Source of the DNA: Candidatus Sulfopaludibacter sp. SbA3
GTDB taxonomy: Bacteria > Acidobacteriota > Terriglobia > Bryobacterales > Bryobacteraceae
Reading direction: 5' to 3'
Assembly: GCA_900290315.1 (NCBI GenBank)
Contig: OKRF01000113.1
Location: forward strand, 6,481-38,734
DNA: 32,254 nucleotides
The notes under the pieces are model-generated. The model made no database searches, was not told where the DNA came from, and saw nothing but the letters and a program-made list of their open reading frames with translations. The position numbers were made by a program, and so were the translations under genes. The stretch's first letter is position 1, and each line of letters opens with the position of its first letter. Positions 9,027 through 17,775 of this stretch are shown piece by piece.

Positions 9027-10139
9027 TCATCCACAACGGATATGAATCAGGTCGGACGGCGCCACCGGGAGCCCTGCGCCTGCGGGGTTGCGTGCCCAGA
9101 CACCGGGAATCAGGGTGGCGCAATGCGGGCACGTGCCATCCACGGTGATGCGATTGGCCCGCACGCGGAAACCCATTCTCTCGACGAGCGTCGCCTGGCA
9201 CGCCGGGCAGTGCGTATCTTCCAGGCGGCCGGTGGCACCCGGCAGGTTGCCCGCGTAGACGTATTTCAATCCGGCGGCCCGGCCGATCTCCGCGGCTCGA
9301 ATCAGGGTTGTCGCCGGAGTGTTGTCCAGACTCGTCATCCGATAATCCTGATGGAATGCCGTGACGTGCCAGGGAATGTCCCGAGAAATGCCGGCCAGGA
9401 ATCGGGCTATCCCGGTGAGTTCGCCATCGGAATCGTTGAACTCCGGTACCACCAGGGTGACTACTTCCAGCCAGAAACCCAACTCATGGATGCGGCCGAT
9501 GGAATCGAGAATCGGGGCAATGCGGCCGCCCAGTTGGTGATACCGGCGGTCGTCGAAGCTCTTGAGATCCACCTTATAAAGGTCCACCCAGGGGCGGATG
9601 TACGCCAGGACCTCTGGTGTGGCGTTGCCGTTGGAGACGAATCCGGTGGTCAGGCCGGCGGCTTTCGCCTCGCGAAACACGGCCACTGCCCATTCGGCGG
9701 TGATCAGGGGTTCGTTATACGTGCTGACCAGGCTGGACGCACCTTGGCGCAGGGCCATACTGACCAAGCCCCGGGGATTGACCGGCTCGAAATCCAAAGT
9801 GGACCGAAAATCGCGAAGAGCTTGGGAGGAAACCCAATTCTGGCAGTAACCACAGTGGAGGTCGCAGCCCAGCATGCCGAAGCTGAGGGCGCGGGTTCCG
9901 GGCAGGGCGTGGAAAAACGGCTTCTTCTCAATCGGGTCGCAATACGCCGCGTTGACGTACCCGTATGGGGCGTAGAGCGTGCCGCCTCGATTGTATCGAA
10001 CCTTGCAGACGCCGGCGAATCCCGCCGGAATGGGGCATCGGTGGCCGCATGCAAAACACTGCACCCGATTGCCTTCCAGCGGCCCATGCAGTTCCGATTC
10101 GCGGACTTGGCGCGCGAGTTGTTCTGCCAGCGTAGCCAT
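9027..10139 (-). CDS. AmmeMemoRadiSam system radical SAM enzyme
   Basis: Radical SAM motif CDLHCGYCQNW. N-terminal Cys cluster CFACGHRC and C-terminal CPAC...CPHC pairs. Sits immediately upstream of the Memo-AMMECR1 gene on the same strand. Confidence 0.9.
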   Translation of the reverse strand: MATLAEQLARQVRESELHGPLEGNRVQCFACGHRCPIPAGFAGVCKVRYNRGGTLYAPYGYVNAAYCDPIEKKPFFHALPGTRALSFGMLGCDLHCGYCQNWVSSQALRDFRSTLDFEPVNPRGLVSMALRQGASSLVSTYNEPLITAEWAVAVFREAKAAGLTTGFVSNGNATPEVLAYIRPWVDLYKVDLKSFDDRRYHQLGGRIAPILDSIGRIHELGFWLEVVTLVVPEFNDSDGELTGIARFLAGISRDIPWHVTAFHQDYRMTSLDNTPATTLIRAAEIGRAAGLKYVYAGNLPGATGRLEDTHCPACQATLVERMGFRVRANRITVDGTCPHCATLIPGVWARNPAGAGLPVAPSDLIHIRCG

Positions 10140-10436
10140 GCCGTTTTTCGATCCAAATACCTAAGACCATTCTACCCTCCCAGCCGGCGGGCTGCGCTCC
10201 ACACGGTTTCGTACCAGGATTTCCGAACAATAGTCCTAGCTCAGTCAGCTTTGGCATGGCCCGGCAGGGCCAGCCAGGGACTAGCGCCCCTTGCCCGCCG
10301 GTGTGACCCGGATATTGAAAATGCAGTAAGATATTTATTATCAAATATTTGCACGAAAGCTTCCAGAGTCGCTTCACTACCGGTACCAGCGGTACTATAA
10401 GCACAATGGATAACACCTGAACACGGCCTTTTTTGC

Positions 10437-10465
10437 TTGACTCGAATCAACGGTTTCCCTACACT
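10437..10465 (+). promoter_or_regulatory. Candidate sigma-70-type promoter for the PEP-CTERM gene
   Basis: TTGACT (10437-10442), a 17-nt spacer, then TACACT (10460-10465), in an AT-rich intergenic region about 100 nt upstream of ATG 10564. Pattern match only. Confidence 0.3.
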
Positions 10466-10563
10466 GAGGACAGTGTCAGAGAATCTCGTGGCCAGTCAAG
10501 CAGTTACAGAATTGGCGCTATCTTTGGCATACTATGAGGATCGGACTGTAATCGGAGACCACG

Positions 10564-11604
10564 ATGAATCAGCTAATCAGGCGAGTTCCGGGGCTTGCAA
10601 CCATGTTCATGGTACTCGCAATTGGCGCGTCGGTTTCGCGAGCGAGCCCGTTGAGTTGCAATAACGGTGTCAACCTCACCTGCACATACTGGTACGACAT
10701 TTTCAGTGGACAGTTCTACCAAACCGACCCTTTAGCCACTCAGGCGACTTTACCGGCGGCCCCGGTATCGACCCAACCTCTTACGGTCGCTGGTTGGAAT
10801 ACGCAGAGCACCACTCCCAACGCAGATAATGTTCTGACGAGCGTGTCCCTGACCCTCGAATGGGCCGCCACCGGCTCGATTTCCGTTACGAACTTCGCTT
10901 TGAACCCCGGCGGCGGTGCGAATCCGGCAGGAGAATCCTTTACCAACGCGTTTGCCTTTGTTCCACTGACGGTTTCGGGACCGGGCGGTTCAACCTTAAC
11001 TGTGACCGCCACTTCTGCCGACACGAACGGAACCGCGGCTTGGGCGACAATGGTACCCGTGTTTAGCACTGTCTCCGATACCGGGCACTACAACTCCCAG
11101 TTGGCCTTCTTAAACCACTTCGGCGATCCCAATGCTGCGGCCGACGCCTTGGCCGACACGCATGACTACTGCCTCAGCGAGGGATTTTACGCCCCAATTG
11201 ACAGCGATCCCACTTCCGGTGGCGGTCAGGGCGGTAGCAGTTTCAACTCCGGAGCGAAATCTTGCGGCGGTGTGCAGACGGGCACCACTTCCAGTGCGAC
11301 GGTTACGGCAGCCAGTTCGGGAAAACTAACTGGTGCAACTACTTCGAGCGGGCTGGCACTCTCGGCTTTCGAAGGCGGCGCTCCCTTGACCGTCAACTTT
11401 GGTGTCTCCTCCGGCACTGCCCATGCAACCGGCGACCAAACCGACTTGGGCTTCAGCGGCACCGGATCTGCCGGTGGTATTCTGCGGATTACGTACAACG
11501 CTGAACAGATACTCACTCCCGAGCCTTTTACTCTGGTTCTGGTCGGCGGTTCCCTGATTGGACTCGGCGTTGTTGCACGGCGTAGGAATACGCGACGACC
11601 CTGA
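10564..11604 (+). CDS. PEP-CTERM sorting-domain protein (secreted, Thr/Ser/Gly-rich)
   Basis: N-terminal signal peptide. C-terminal PEP motif, TM helix and Arg cluster: TPEPFTLVLVGGSLIGLGVVARRRNTRRP. GGAG lies 5 nt upstream of the ATG. Confidence 0.85.
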   Translation: MNQLIRRVPGLATMFMVLAIGASVSRASPLSCNNGVNLTCTYWYDIFSGQFYQTDPLATQATLPAAPVSTQPLTVAGWNTQSTTPNADNVLTSVSLTLEWAATGSISVTNFALNPGGGANPAGESFTNAFAFVPLTVSGPGGSTLTVTATSADTNGTAAWATMVPVFSTVSDTGHYNSQLAFLNHFGDPNAAADALADTHDYCLSEGFYAPIDSDPTSGGGQGGSSFNSGAKSCGGVQTGTTSSATVTAASSGKLTGATTSSGLALSAFEGGAPLTVNFGVSSGTAHATGDQTDLGFSGTGSAGGILRITYNAEQILTPEPFTLVLVGGSLIGLGVVARRRNTRRP

Positions 11605-11632
11605 ATTTGGCATCTCGACTACTCCTTTACGA

Positions 11633-11668
11633 ACGGCAGGTCAGGCTTCCTGATCTGCCGTTTTTGTT
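11633..11668 (+). terminator. Rho-independent terminator of the PEP-CTERM gene
   Basis: 13-bp stem (acggcaggtcagg / cctgatctgccgt, one G-U pair) with a 3-nt loop, followed by tttttgtt. It starts about 30 nt after the stop codon. Confidence 0.8.
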
Positions 11669-11672
11669 CTGA

Positions 11673-12023
11673 TTGACCGACGATTACCAGCCAAAGTTGG
11701 TTGCGTTGGCTTGCCTCTTTTCCGTATTCACTCAGAACGGCCGTTACGCCGACGCAACAGTGCAATGGAACGTTCTGTCGGCCCTACTGTACGGGGATGA
11801 TATCGCGCCCCAAATCGTCGCCATTCTCTCCTCCGCCGGTAGGGTCGCGAATCGCAAGTTCCTGCTCGAAACCATCAGCAAGTCGCCGTGGGCCGAGCCC
11901 CTCGCCCCTTTCCTACGTGCCCTAGAATATGTCGAGTCGGGGGACCGCGAACTCATCGAGAAACTCTCACCTGAAGTACGCCTCGTCGTCGAAGATCTCG
12001 TGGCGAGAATTCAGCGCAAATAA
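11673..12023 (+). CDS. Hypothetical protein (possible gene remnant)
   Basis: 116-codon ORF with coding-like third-position GC. The TTG start lies only 5 nt after the upstream terminator, and there is no internal Met. No family recognised. Confidence 0.4.
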   Translation: MTDDYQPKLVALACLFSVFTQNGRYADATVQWNVLSALLYGDDIAPQIVAILSSAGRVANRKFLLETISKSPWAEPLAPFLRALEYVESGDRELIEKLSPEVRLVVEDLVARIQRK

Positions 12024-12049
12024 AAGGGCCGGAGCTTGCGCCCCGGCCC
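12018..12049 (-). terminator. Rho-independent terminator of ppdK
   Basis: On the minus strand, a hairpin at 12026-12049 (gggccggggc / gctccggccc, one mismatch, 4-nt loop) is followed by TTTTATTT. It starts 18 nt after the ppdK stop and overlaps the stop of the convergent ORF. Confidence 0.65.
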
Positions 12050-12067
12050 ATCGAGAAACAACCGACC

Positions 12068-14812
12068 TTACGCTGTCCGCTGCGATTCGGAGCCGTCGCC
12101 CGCGATGGCGGCCTGTGCGGCGGCGAGGCGGGCGATCGGCACTCGGTACGGGGAACAGGAAACGTAGTTCATGCCCACGCGATAGCAGAACTGCACCGAG
12201 CTCGGCTCGCCGCCGTGCTCGCCGCAGATGCCGATTTCCAGTTCGGGGTTGGTGGCCCGGCCTTCGGTCACGGCAATCTTCACCAGGCGGCCGACGCCTT
12301 CCTGATCCAGAACTGCAAATGGATCGTTGGCGAAGATCTTCCGATCCTGATAATCCTTCTGGAACTTCGTATAGTCGTCGCGGGAGAGTCCCATAGCGGT
12401 CTGGGTCAGGTCGTTGGTGCCGAAGCTGAAGAACTGCGCTTCCTTGGCGACTTCGCCGGCGGTGAGGGCTGCGCGCGGGATTTCGATCATGGTGCCGACC
12501 AGGTACTTCAGGCTCTTCATCTTGGCCTTGGAGAGAACTTCTTCGGCCACAGCCACCACGATCTTCTTCTGATTCTCCAGTTCCTTGACGCCGCCGATCA
12601 GCGGAATCATGACTTCCGGAATCACTTTCTTGCCCTTCTTGGCCACCTGCACCGCGGCCTCGAAGATGGCGCGCGCCTGCATCTCCGTGATCTCGGGATA
12701 GGTGATGCCCAGGCGGCAGCCGCGATGGCCCAGCATGGGGTTGAACTCATGCAGTTCCTCGACGCGGTGCAGCAGAGCCGGCAGCACAGTCTTCAGCGTT
12801 TTGACTTCCGCGCCGAAGCGGACATACTTGGCCACCAGTTCCTTCTTCTTCTTGATATCGGCGTACGGTAGGATGGCGACATCCACCATCAGGTCTTCCC
12901 GCTTGGGCAGGAACTCGTGGAGCGGCGGATCGAGCGTCCGGATGACCACCGGGAAACCGTCCATCGCCATGAACAGTCCGGCGAAATCCTTGCGCTGGAA
13001 GGGCAGCAGCTTCTGCAGGGCCTTGCGGCGGCTCTTTTCGTCGCGCGCCAGAATCATCGCCTGCATGTGCTCGATGCGATCTTCGGCAAAGAACATGTGC
13101 TCCGTACGGCAGAGCCCGATGCCTTCGGCGCCAAACTTGCGAGCCGCCTTGGCATCGCGCGGGATGTCGGCATTGGCGCGCACTCCGAAGCCGCCGCGGA
13201 ACTCATCGGCCCAGCCCATGAACGTGGCAAGAATGCCCGACGTGGGGTCGGCATCCAGCGTGCAGGCCTTACCGGCGAATACCTCACCCGTTGACCCGTC
13301 GAGCGACATCCAGTCGCCCTCCTTCAATGTGACCACCTTGCCGTTGACTGTGACTTCCACCAGCTTTTTCTGCTCGCTCACCGTGATGCTTTCGGCGCCG
13401 GCCACGCAGGGCGTGCCCATACCGCGGCAGACCACCGCCGCGTGGCTGGTCATGCCGCCGCGCGAAGTGAGAATGCCCTTGGCCACTTCCATGCCGTGGA
13501 TATCGTCCGGCACGGTCTCTTTGCGGACCAGGATGACGGGAGTCTTCTTGGATTGCTCCACCGCTTCATCGGCGGTGAACACGATCGTGCCCACCGAAGC
13601 ACCCGGAGACGCAGGCAGCCCCACAGCCAGCTTGGTCAACGTCTTCTTGGAGGCCGGATCCAGCACCGGGTGCAGAAGTTGATCGAGCTGTTGCGGATCG
13701 ACGCGCAGCACGGCTTCCTTCTTGCTGATCAGGTTCTCGCCCACCATCTCGACGGCGATGCGGACCGCTGCGGGACCCGTGCGCTTGCCGTTGCGGGTCT
13801 GCAGCATGTACAGCTTGCCGTCCTGAATGGTGAATTCGAAGTCCTGGATATCGCGATAGTGGTTTTCCAGCATCGTCGTGATCTCACGAAGCTGGTCGTA
13901 GACCGCGGGATTCCAGGTGTGCAGTTCGCTGATGGGGTGCGGGGTGCGAATGCCGGCTACCACATCTTCGCCTTGCGCGTTTTCCAGGTATTCGCCGTAG
14001 AAGGCCTTCTCGCCAGTGGCCGGGTTGCGCGTGAAGCCCACGCCGGTGGCCGATGTTTCGCCCATGTTGCCGAATACCATGGCCTGCACGTTGACGGCAG
14101 TGCCCAGGTCGTCCGGTATCTGATTCATGCGGCGGTAGGTGTAGGCGCGGTCGTTAAACCAGGAGCGGAACACGGCGTTGCGTGCGCCCTCGAGCTGAAT
14201 CAGCGCGTCCTGCGGGAACGGCTTGCCGGTCTTCTTTTGCACCAGCTTCTTGTAGCCGGCAATGACTTCCTGCAGATCTCTGGCAGTCAGTTCGGTATCC
14301 AGCTTGGCCTTGGCCTTTTTCTTTTGAGCCTCGAACACTTCGTCGAAATCGTGCTTGCTCACTTCCAGCACCACGTTGCCGTACATCTGGATGAAGCGGC
14401 GATAGCAATCGTAGGCGAAGCGCGGATTCTGGCTCTTGGCTTCCAGCGCCTTCACAGTCTCATCGTTCAGGCCCAGGTTCAGGACGGTGTCCATCATGCC
14501 TGGCATGGAGAACTTGGCGCCGGAGCGCACGCTCACCAGCAGAGGGTTGGAGACATCGCCCAGCTTCTGCCCCATGCGCTCTTCCAGAATCGCCAGCGCC
14601 GCGAGCACCTCTTCGTTGATGTCCGCCGGCACGGTGTTCTTGTTTTGGAAGTAGATGTTGCAGACTTCGGTCGAAATGGTGAAGCCGGGAGGCACCGGCA
14701 GCTTGGCCCGGCACATCTCGGCCAGCCCGGCGCCCTTGCCGCCGAGCACGTCTTTCATTTTTCCGTCACCGTCGGCCGTTCCGTTGCCGAACGAGTAGAC
14801 AACCTTCTTCAT
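12068..14812 (-). CDS. ppdK: Pyruvate, phosphate dikinase
   Basis: 914 aa. N-terminal LGGKGAGLAEM, phospho-His region TSRGGMTSHAAVVCRGMG, and C-terminal PEP-utilising domain ICGEHGGEP...VSCSPYRVPIARLAAAQA. Confidence 0.97.
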   Translation of the reverse strand: MKKVVYSFGNGTADGDGKMKDVLGGKGAGLAEMCRAKLPVPPGFTISTEVCNIYFQNKNTVPADINEEVLAALAILEERMGQKLGDVSNPLLVSVRSGAKFSMPGMMDTVLNLGLNDETVKALEAKSQNPRFAYDCYRRFIQMYGNVVLEVSKHDFDEVFEAQKKKAKAKLDTELTARDLQEVIAGYKKLVQKKTGKPFPQDALIQLEGARNAVFRSWFNDRAYTYRRMNQIPDDLGTAVNVQAMVFGNMGETSATGVGFTRNPATGEKAFYGEYLENAQGEDVVAGIRTPHPISELHTWNPAVYDQLREITTMLENHYRDIQDFEFTIQDGKLYMLQTRNGKRTGPAAVRIAVEMVGENLISKKEAVLRVDPQQLDQLLHPVLDPASKKTLTKLAVGLPASPGASVGTIVFTADEAVEQSKKTPVILVRKETVPDDIHGMEVAKGILTSRGGMTSHAAVVCRGMGTPCVAGAESITVSEQKKLVEVTVNGKVVTLKEGDWMSLDGSTGEVFAGKACTLDADPTSGILATFMGWADEFRGGFGVRANADIPRDAKAARKFGAEGIGLCRTEHMFFAEDRIEHMQAMILARDEKSRRKALQKLLPFQRKDFAGLFMAMDGFPVVIRTLDPPLHEFLPKREDLMVDVAILPYADIKKKKELVAKYVRFGAEVKTLKTVLPALLHRVEELHEFNPMLGHRGCRLGITYPEITEMQARAIFEAAVQVAKKGKKVIPEVMIPLIGGVKELENQKKIVVAVAEEVLSKAKMKSLKYLVGTMIEIPRAALTAGEVAKEAQFFSFGTNDLTQTAMGLSRDDYTKFQKDYQDRKIFANDPFAVLDQEGVGRLVKIAVTEGRATNPELEIGICGEHGGEPSSVQFCYRVGMNYVSCSPYRVPIARLAAAQAAIAGDGSESQRTA

Positions 14813-14821
14813 GATTCGCTC

Positions 14822-16756
14822 CTAAGAAGTAGTAACAATTTCAGAAAAGTCCGCTACGGTGGAAAACTCCGCCAGTAGCGTTTTGAGCAGCGTCAAACGG
14901 TTTTGCCGGACGCGAGCATCCGGCGCATTCACCAGCACTTTGTCAAAAAACAGATCGACTTTGGGGCGCAGCTTCGCAATCACGCTTTCGATGGGCTGCC
15001 CCGCAATGCCGCGGTATTCGCGATACAACTCCTGTTCCGGCCCTTCTTCCAGCAGCCCGGCGTCGATCGCGCCAGCGCCTTCGAACTTGGCCTGTTCCAG
15101 AATATTGCGGATGCGCTTGAAGCTGGCGGCAAGGGGCTCGAAGTCCGGCGTCAGCCGCAGCATCTGGACGCGCTCCAGGCGCGCCTCCAGGTCCACCAGG
15201 TTGCTCCAGCCGGCCGCCATGGCGGCATTCACTTCGTCGTACTTGAAGCCGCGGACATCCTTGAAGTAGAATTTGATGCGATCCTCGAAAAAGCTCGCCA
15301 AAGCGGCATCGCTCCCGATCACATCCTGCAGCGCAACCTCCAGTTTGCCTTCCACGATGATCCGCACCACGCCCTGCGCCGCGCGCCGCAACGCGAAGGG
15401 ATCGCGCGACCCGGTGGGGATTAGTCCGACTCCGAAACAGCCGCGCAGCGTATCCAGCTTATCGGCCAGGGCTACCAGGAGCGCGGTCCGGTTGCGCGGG
15501 ATGGCGTCTTCCATGCTCTCCGGCTTGTACTGGTCGTAGATGGCCTGCCAGACTTCCGCCGGCTCGCCCTGGGCGCGGGCATATAGGCCGCCCACCACGC
15601 CCTGCAACTCCGTGAACTCCTTGACCAGTTCGGTAGTGAGGTCGCACTTCAACAACTCCGCGGCGCGCACGGCGTGGGCATCGCCGCCCAAGTCCCGGAC
15701 CAGGGACATCGTGCGTTCGGTCTTTAACAAGTAAGAGCCCAACTTGGCCTGGAAGGTGACATGCCCCAGGTCCGCCTTGCGATCGGCCAGCGTCTTCTTC
15801 TGATCCGTCTCCCAGAAGAAGCGCGCATCGTTGAAGCGGGCGCGCAGCACACGCTCGTTGCCGCTGCGAACGAAGCCTTCCGGGTCGGAATCGATATTCA
15901 TTACAGCCACGAAACTCGGCGCCAACTTGCCATCGGCGTCTTCCACCGAAAAATACTTCTGGTGGTGGCGCATCACAGTGATCAGCACCTCTTCGGGCAG
16001 TGTGAGGAACTGCGGATCGAAGCTACCTTGGATGGCGGTAGGGTATTCGGTAATGTAGACGAGGGTCTCCAGCAGTGCCGGGTCGGACTTCACCCGCATG
16101 CCAGCCAGTTCGCCACGGATCTTGTTGCGGCGCTCTTCGGCCGCGAGGATCACGTAATGATCGCGCAATCGCCGGGTGTAATCGGCGGTGGTGACCACCA
16201 CTTCGCGCGCCCCCAGGCGGCGATGGCCACTGGTCAGCGCATCGCTGCGCACGCCCGCCAGTTCGAACGGCACCACTTCATCTCCGAGCAGCGCGAGAAT
16301 CCAGCGGATGGGGCGAATAAAGCGCGGACCTCCCTTGCCGGTCCAGTACATGGTCTTGGGGAAATAGATCTGCAGGATGATGCCGGGCAGCGCTTCGGCC
16401 AGAATGTCTTTGGTGCGGCGGCCGCTCACCTTCTTGAGGAAGGTGTAATACTCGCCCTTGGGAGTTGTCTCGACGCTCAAAGCTTCCGCAGCGACACCCT
16501 GCTTGCGGGCGAACCCCGCCACCGCCTGCACGGGCGCCGATTTCGCCGGCCCCATGACACGCTCTTCGCTATCGGCCTGCTTTTCCGGTAGTCCCTCGGC
16601 GCGCAACACCAGCCGCCGCGGCGTGGCATCCATCGCTACAGACTCGTAGGGGATCGCAAGCTTCTCAAACAGCAGCCGGAGGCTCTCCAGCGCGTTCGGA
16701 ATCATCCAGTCGGGAATCTCTTCGGTGCCGATTTCCAGTAGGAACGGAAGGCTCAT
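14822..16756 (-). CDS. glyS: Glycine--tRNA ligase beta subunit
   Basis: MSLPFLLEIGTEEIP is the canonical GlyS N-terminus. ATG at 16756 is preceded by GGAGGTGA. The track ORF extension to 16900 overlaps glyQ and was trimmed. Confidence 0.95.
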   Translation of the reverse strand: MSLPFLLEIGTEEIPDWMIPNALESLRLLFEKLAIPYESVAMDATPRRLVLRAEGLPEKQADSEERVMGPAKSAPVQAVAGFARKQGVAAEALSVETTPKGEYYTFLKKVSGRRTKDILAEALPGIILQIYFPKTMYWTGKGGPRFIRPIRWILALLGDEVVPFELAGVRSDALTSGHRRLGAREVVVTTADYTRRLRDHYVILAAEERRNKIRGELAGMRVKSDPALLETLVYITEYPTAIQGSFDPQFLTLPEEVLITVMRHHQKYFSVEDADGKLAPSFVAVMNIDSDPEGFVRSGNERVLRARFNDARFFWETDQKKTLADRKADLGHVTFQAKLGSYLLKTERTMSLVRDLGGDAHAVRAAELLKCDLTTELVKEFTELQGVVGGLYARAQGEPAEVWQAIYDQYKPESMEDAIPRNRTALLVALADKLDTLRGCFGVGLIPTGSRDPFALRRAAQGVVRIIVEGKLEVALQDVIGSDAALASFFEDRIKFYFKDVRGFKYDEVNAAMAAGWSNLVDLEARLERVQMLRLTPDFEPLAASFKRIRNILEQAKFEGAGAIDAGLLEEGPEQELYREYRGIAGQPIESVIAKLRPKVDLFFDKVLVNAPDARVRQNRLTLLKTLLAEFSTVADFSEIVTTS

Positions 16757-16846
16757 TGGGTCACCTCCGCGGCGGGGCCAGGGGCCAGCAACGCCACCGA
16801 CTGCGTCGGATGGAACGGGGTGTGACTCGGGCGTATCGCGAGTTTG

Positions 16847-16867
16847 ACCGGCGGCAAGACCGCCGGC
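16847..16867. repeat. GC-rich hairpin repeat, copy 2 (in the glyQ-glyS spacer)
   Basis: accggcggcaagaccgccggc is the exact reverse complement of the 21-mer at 7582-7602. On the glyQS sense strand it reads gccggcggtcttgccgccggt. Confidence 0.8.
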
Positions 16868-16883
16868 CCTACCCAAGCAGTTC

Positions 16884-17771
16884 TCATTGGGCCACCTCAA
16901 ACTGCTGATCCACCCAGGCAGCCGCCACGGCCACCGCCAGTTTGCGCACCCGTTGAATAACGCCCACGCGTTCGGTCACGCTGATGGCGCCGCGGGCATC
17001 CAGGGTATTAAAGAGGTTGGAGCACTTGAGCACTTGATCGTAAGTTGGTAGCAACGGGAAGCGCTTCTTCTCAGGGGATTTGGGGTCGTATAGCTTGAGC
17101 AGCCGGGCAGCCTCGCCTTCGTGCAGGTCGAACAGCTTCCACAAGGTGGCAATGTCCGCCATTTCGAAGTTGTACACCGAGTACTGCAACTCATCGCGAT
17201 AGCGCACGTCGCGATAGGTGTAGCCGTTGCCCCAGTCGATATCGTAGACGCTGTCCTTCACCTGAAGGAACGCGGTGAGCCGCTCCAGGCCATAGGTCAA
17301 CTCCGCCGGGACCAGGTCCAGATCGATCCCGCCGCACTGCTGGAAGTAGGTGAACTGGGAAATCTCCAGACCGTCCAGCATCACCTGCCAGCCAATGCCC
17401 CAGGCACCCAGCGTGGGCGCCTCCCAATTGTCTTCTTCGAACTTGATATCGTGCTTGCGAAGGTCGATCCCGATGGCTTCCAGGCTGCCCAGGTACAGCT
17501 CGATCACGTCGGCCGGCGAGGGCTTGAGAATCACCTGGAGCTGCGAGTGCTTGTACAGGCGGTTGGGATTATCGCCGTAGCGCCCATCGGCCGGACGGCG
17601 GCTGGGCTGCACGTAAGCCACGCGATACGGATCGGTGCCCAGCACGCGCAGAAAGGTTTCCGCCACCATCGTGCCGGCGCCTACTTCCACGTCATACGGC
17701 TCCTGGATAATACATCCGCGCTCCGCCCAGTACTGTTTCAACTTGAAAATGATGTCTTGAAAGGATTGCAT
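16884..17771 (-). CDS. glyQ: Glycine--tRNA ligase alpha subunit
   Basis: [27 protein letters not shown] is the canonical GlyQ N-terminus. 295 aa. Confidence 0.97.
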   Translation of the reverse strand: MQSFQDIIFKLKQYWAERGCIIQEPYDVEVGAGTMVAETFLRVLGTDPYRVAYVQPSRRPADGRYGDNPNRLYKHSQLQVILKPSPADVIELYLGSLEAIGIDLRKHDIKFEEDNWEAPTLGAWGIGWQVMLDGLEISQFTYFQQCGGIDLDLVPAELTYGLERLTAFLQVKDSVYDIDWGNGYTYRDVRYRDELQYSVYNFEMADIATLWKLFDLHEGEAARLLKLYDPKSPEKKRFPLLPTYDQVLKCSNLFNTLDARGAISVTERVGVIQRVRKLAVAVAAAWVDQQFEVAQ

Positions 17772-17775
17772 CAGG

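Noticed and set aside
9815-9822. The 8-mer cgaaaatc as a possible shared regulatory motif. It occurs at 3733-3740, 3777-3784, reverse-complemented at 5178-5185 and 25578-25585, and nearly at 32202-32208.
   Set aside because: It also occurs inside the radical SAM coding region at 9815-9822. Two of the intergenic hits are just parts of the larger repeats already reported. That leaves too little evidence for an independent motif without a genome-wide count.
10241-10450. A 69-codon minus-strand ORF in the AT-rich region upstream of the PEP-CTERM gene.
   Set aside because: No SD or family resemblance. It lies in what looks like promoter DNA shared by the two divergent flanking genes.
10513-10529. 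Sigma-54-like element tggcgctatctttggca upstream of the PEP-CTERM gene. A similar tggctggagtttgcc lies at 4040-4054.
   Set aside because: The GG-to-GC spacing is 11 nt in the first and 9 nt in the second, against the canonical 10 nt. I therefore treat both as chance resemblance unless TSS data say otherwise.
13442-14878. A 478-codon plus-strand ORF opposite ppdK. Similar long ORFs: 12215..12871, 12702..13682, 9009..10400, 20045..21808, 21842..22975, 23524..25035, 25540..26379, 26698..27621, 28500..29909, 4233..5084, 15761..16591, 17121..18029, 18608..19630.
   Set aside because: Each lies antisense to, or out of frame with, a gene that has strong family signatures. Their translations are Arg/Gly/Ala/His-rich with no recognisable motifs. 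This is the typical shadow-ORF behaviour of high-GC DNA.
16757-16900. Upstream extension of glyS to 16900 ([14 protein letters not shown]...), and likewise the extension of the 1209..2831 ORF upstream of 1386.
   Set aside because: These extensions overlap the preceding genes and lack protein-like sequence. The internal starts give a canonical GlyS N-terminus with an SD, and a Sec signal peptide, respectively.
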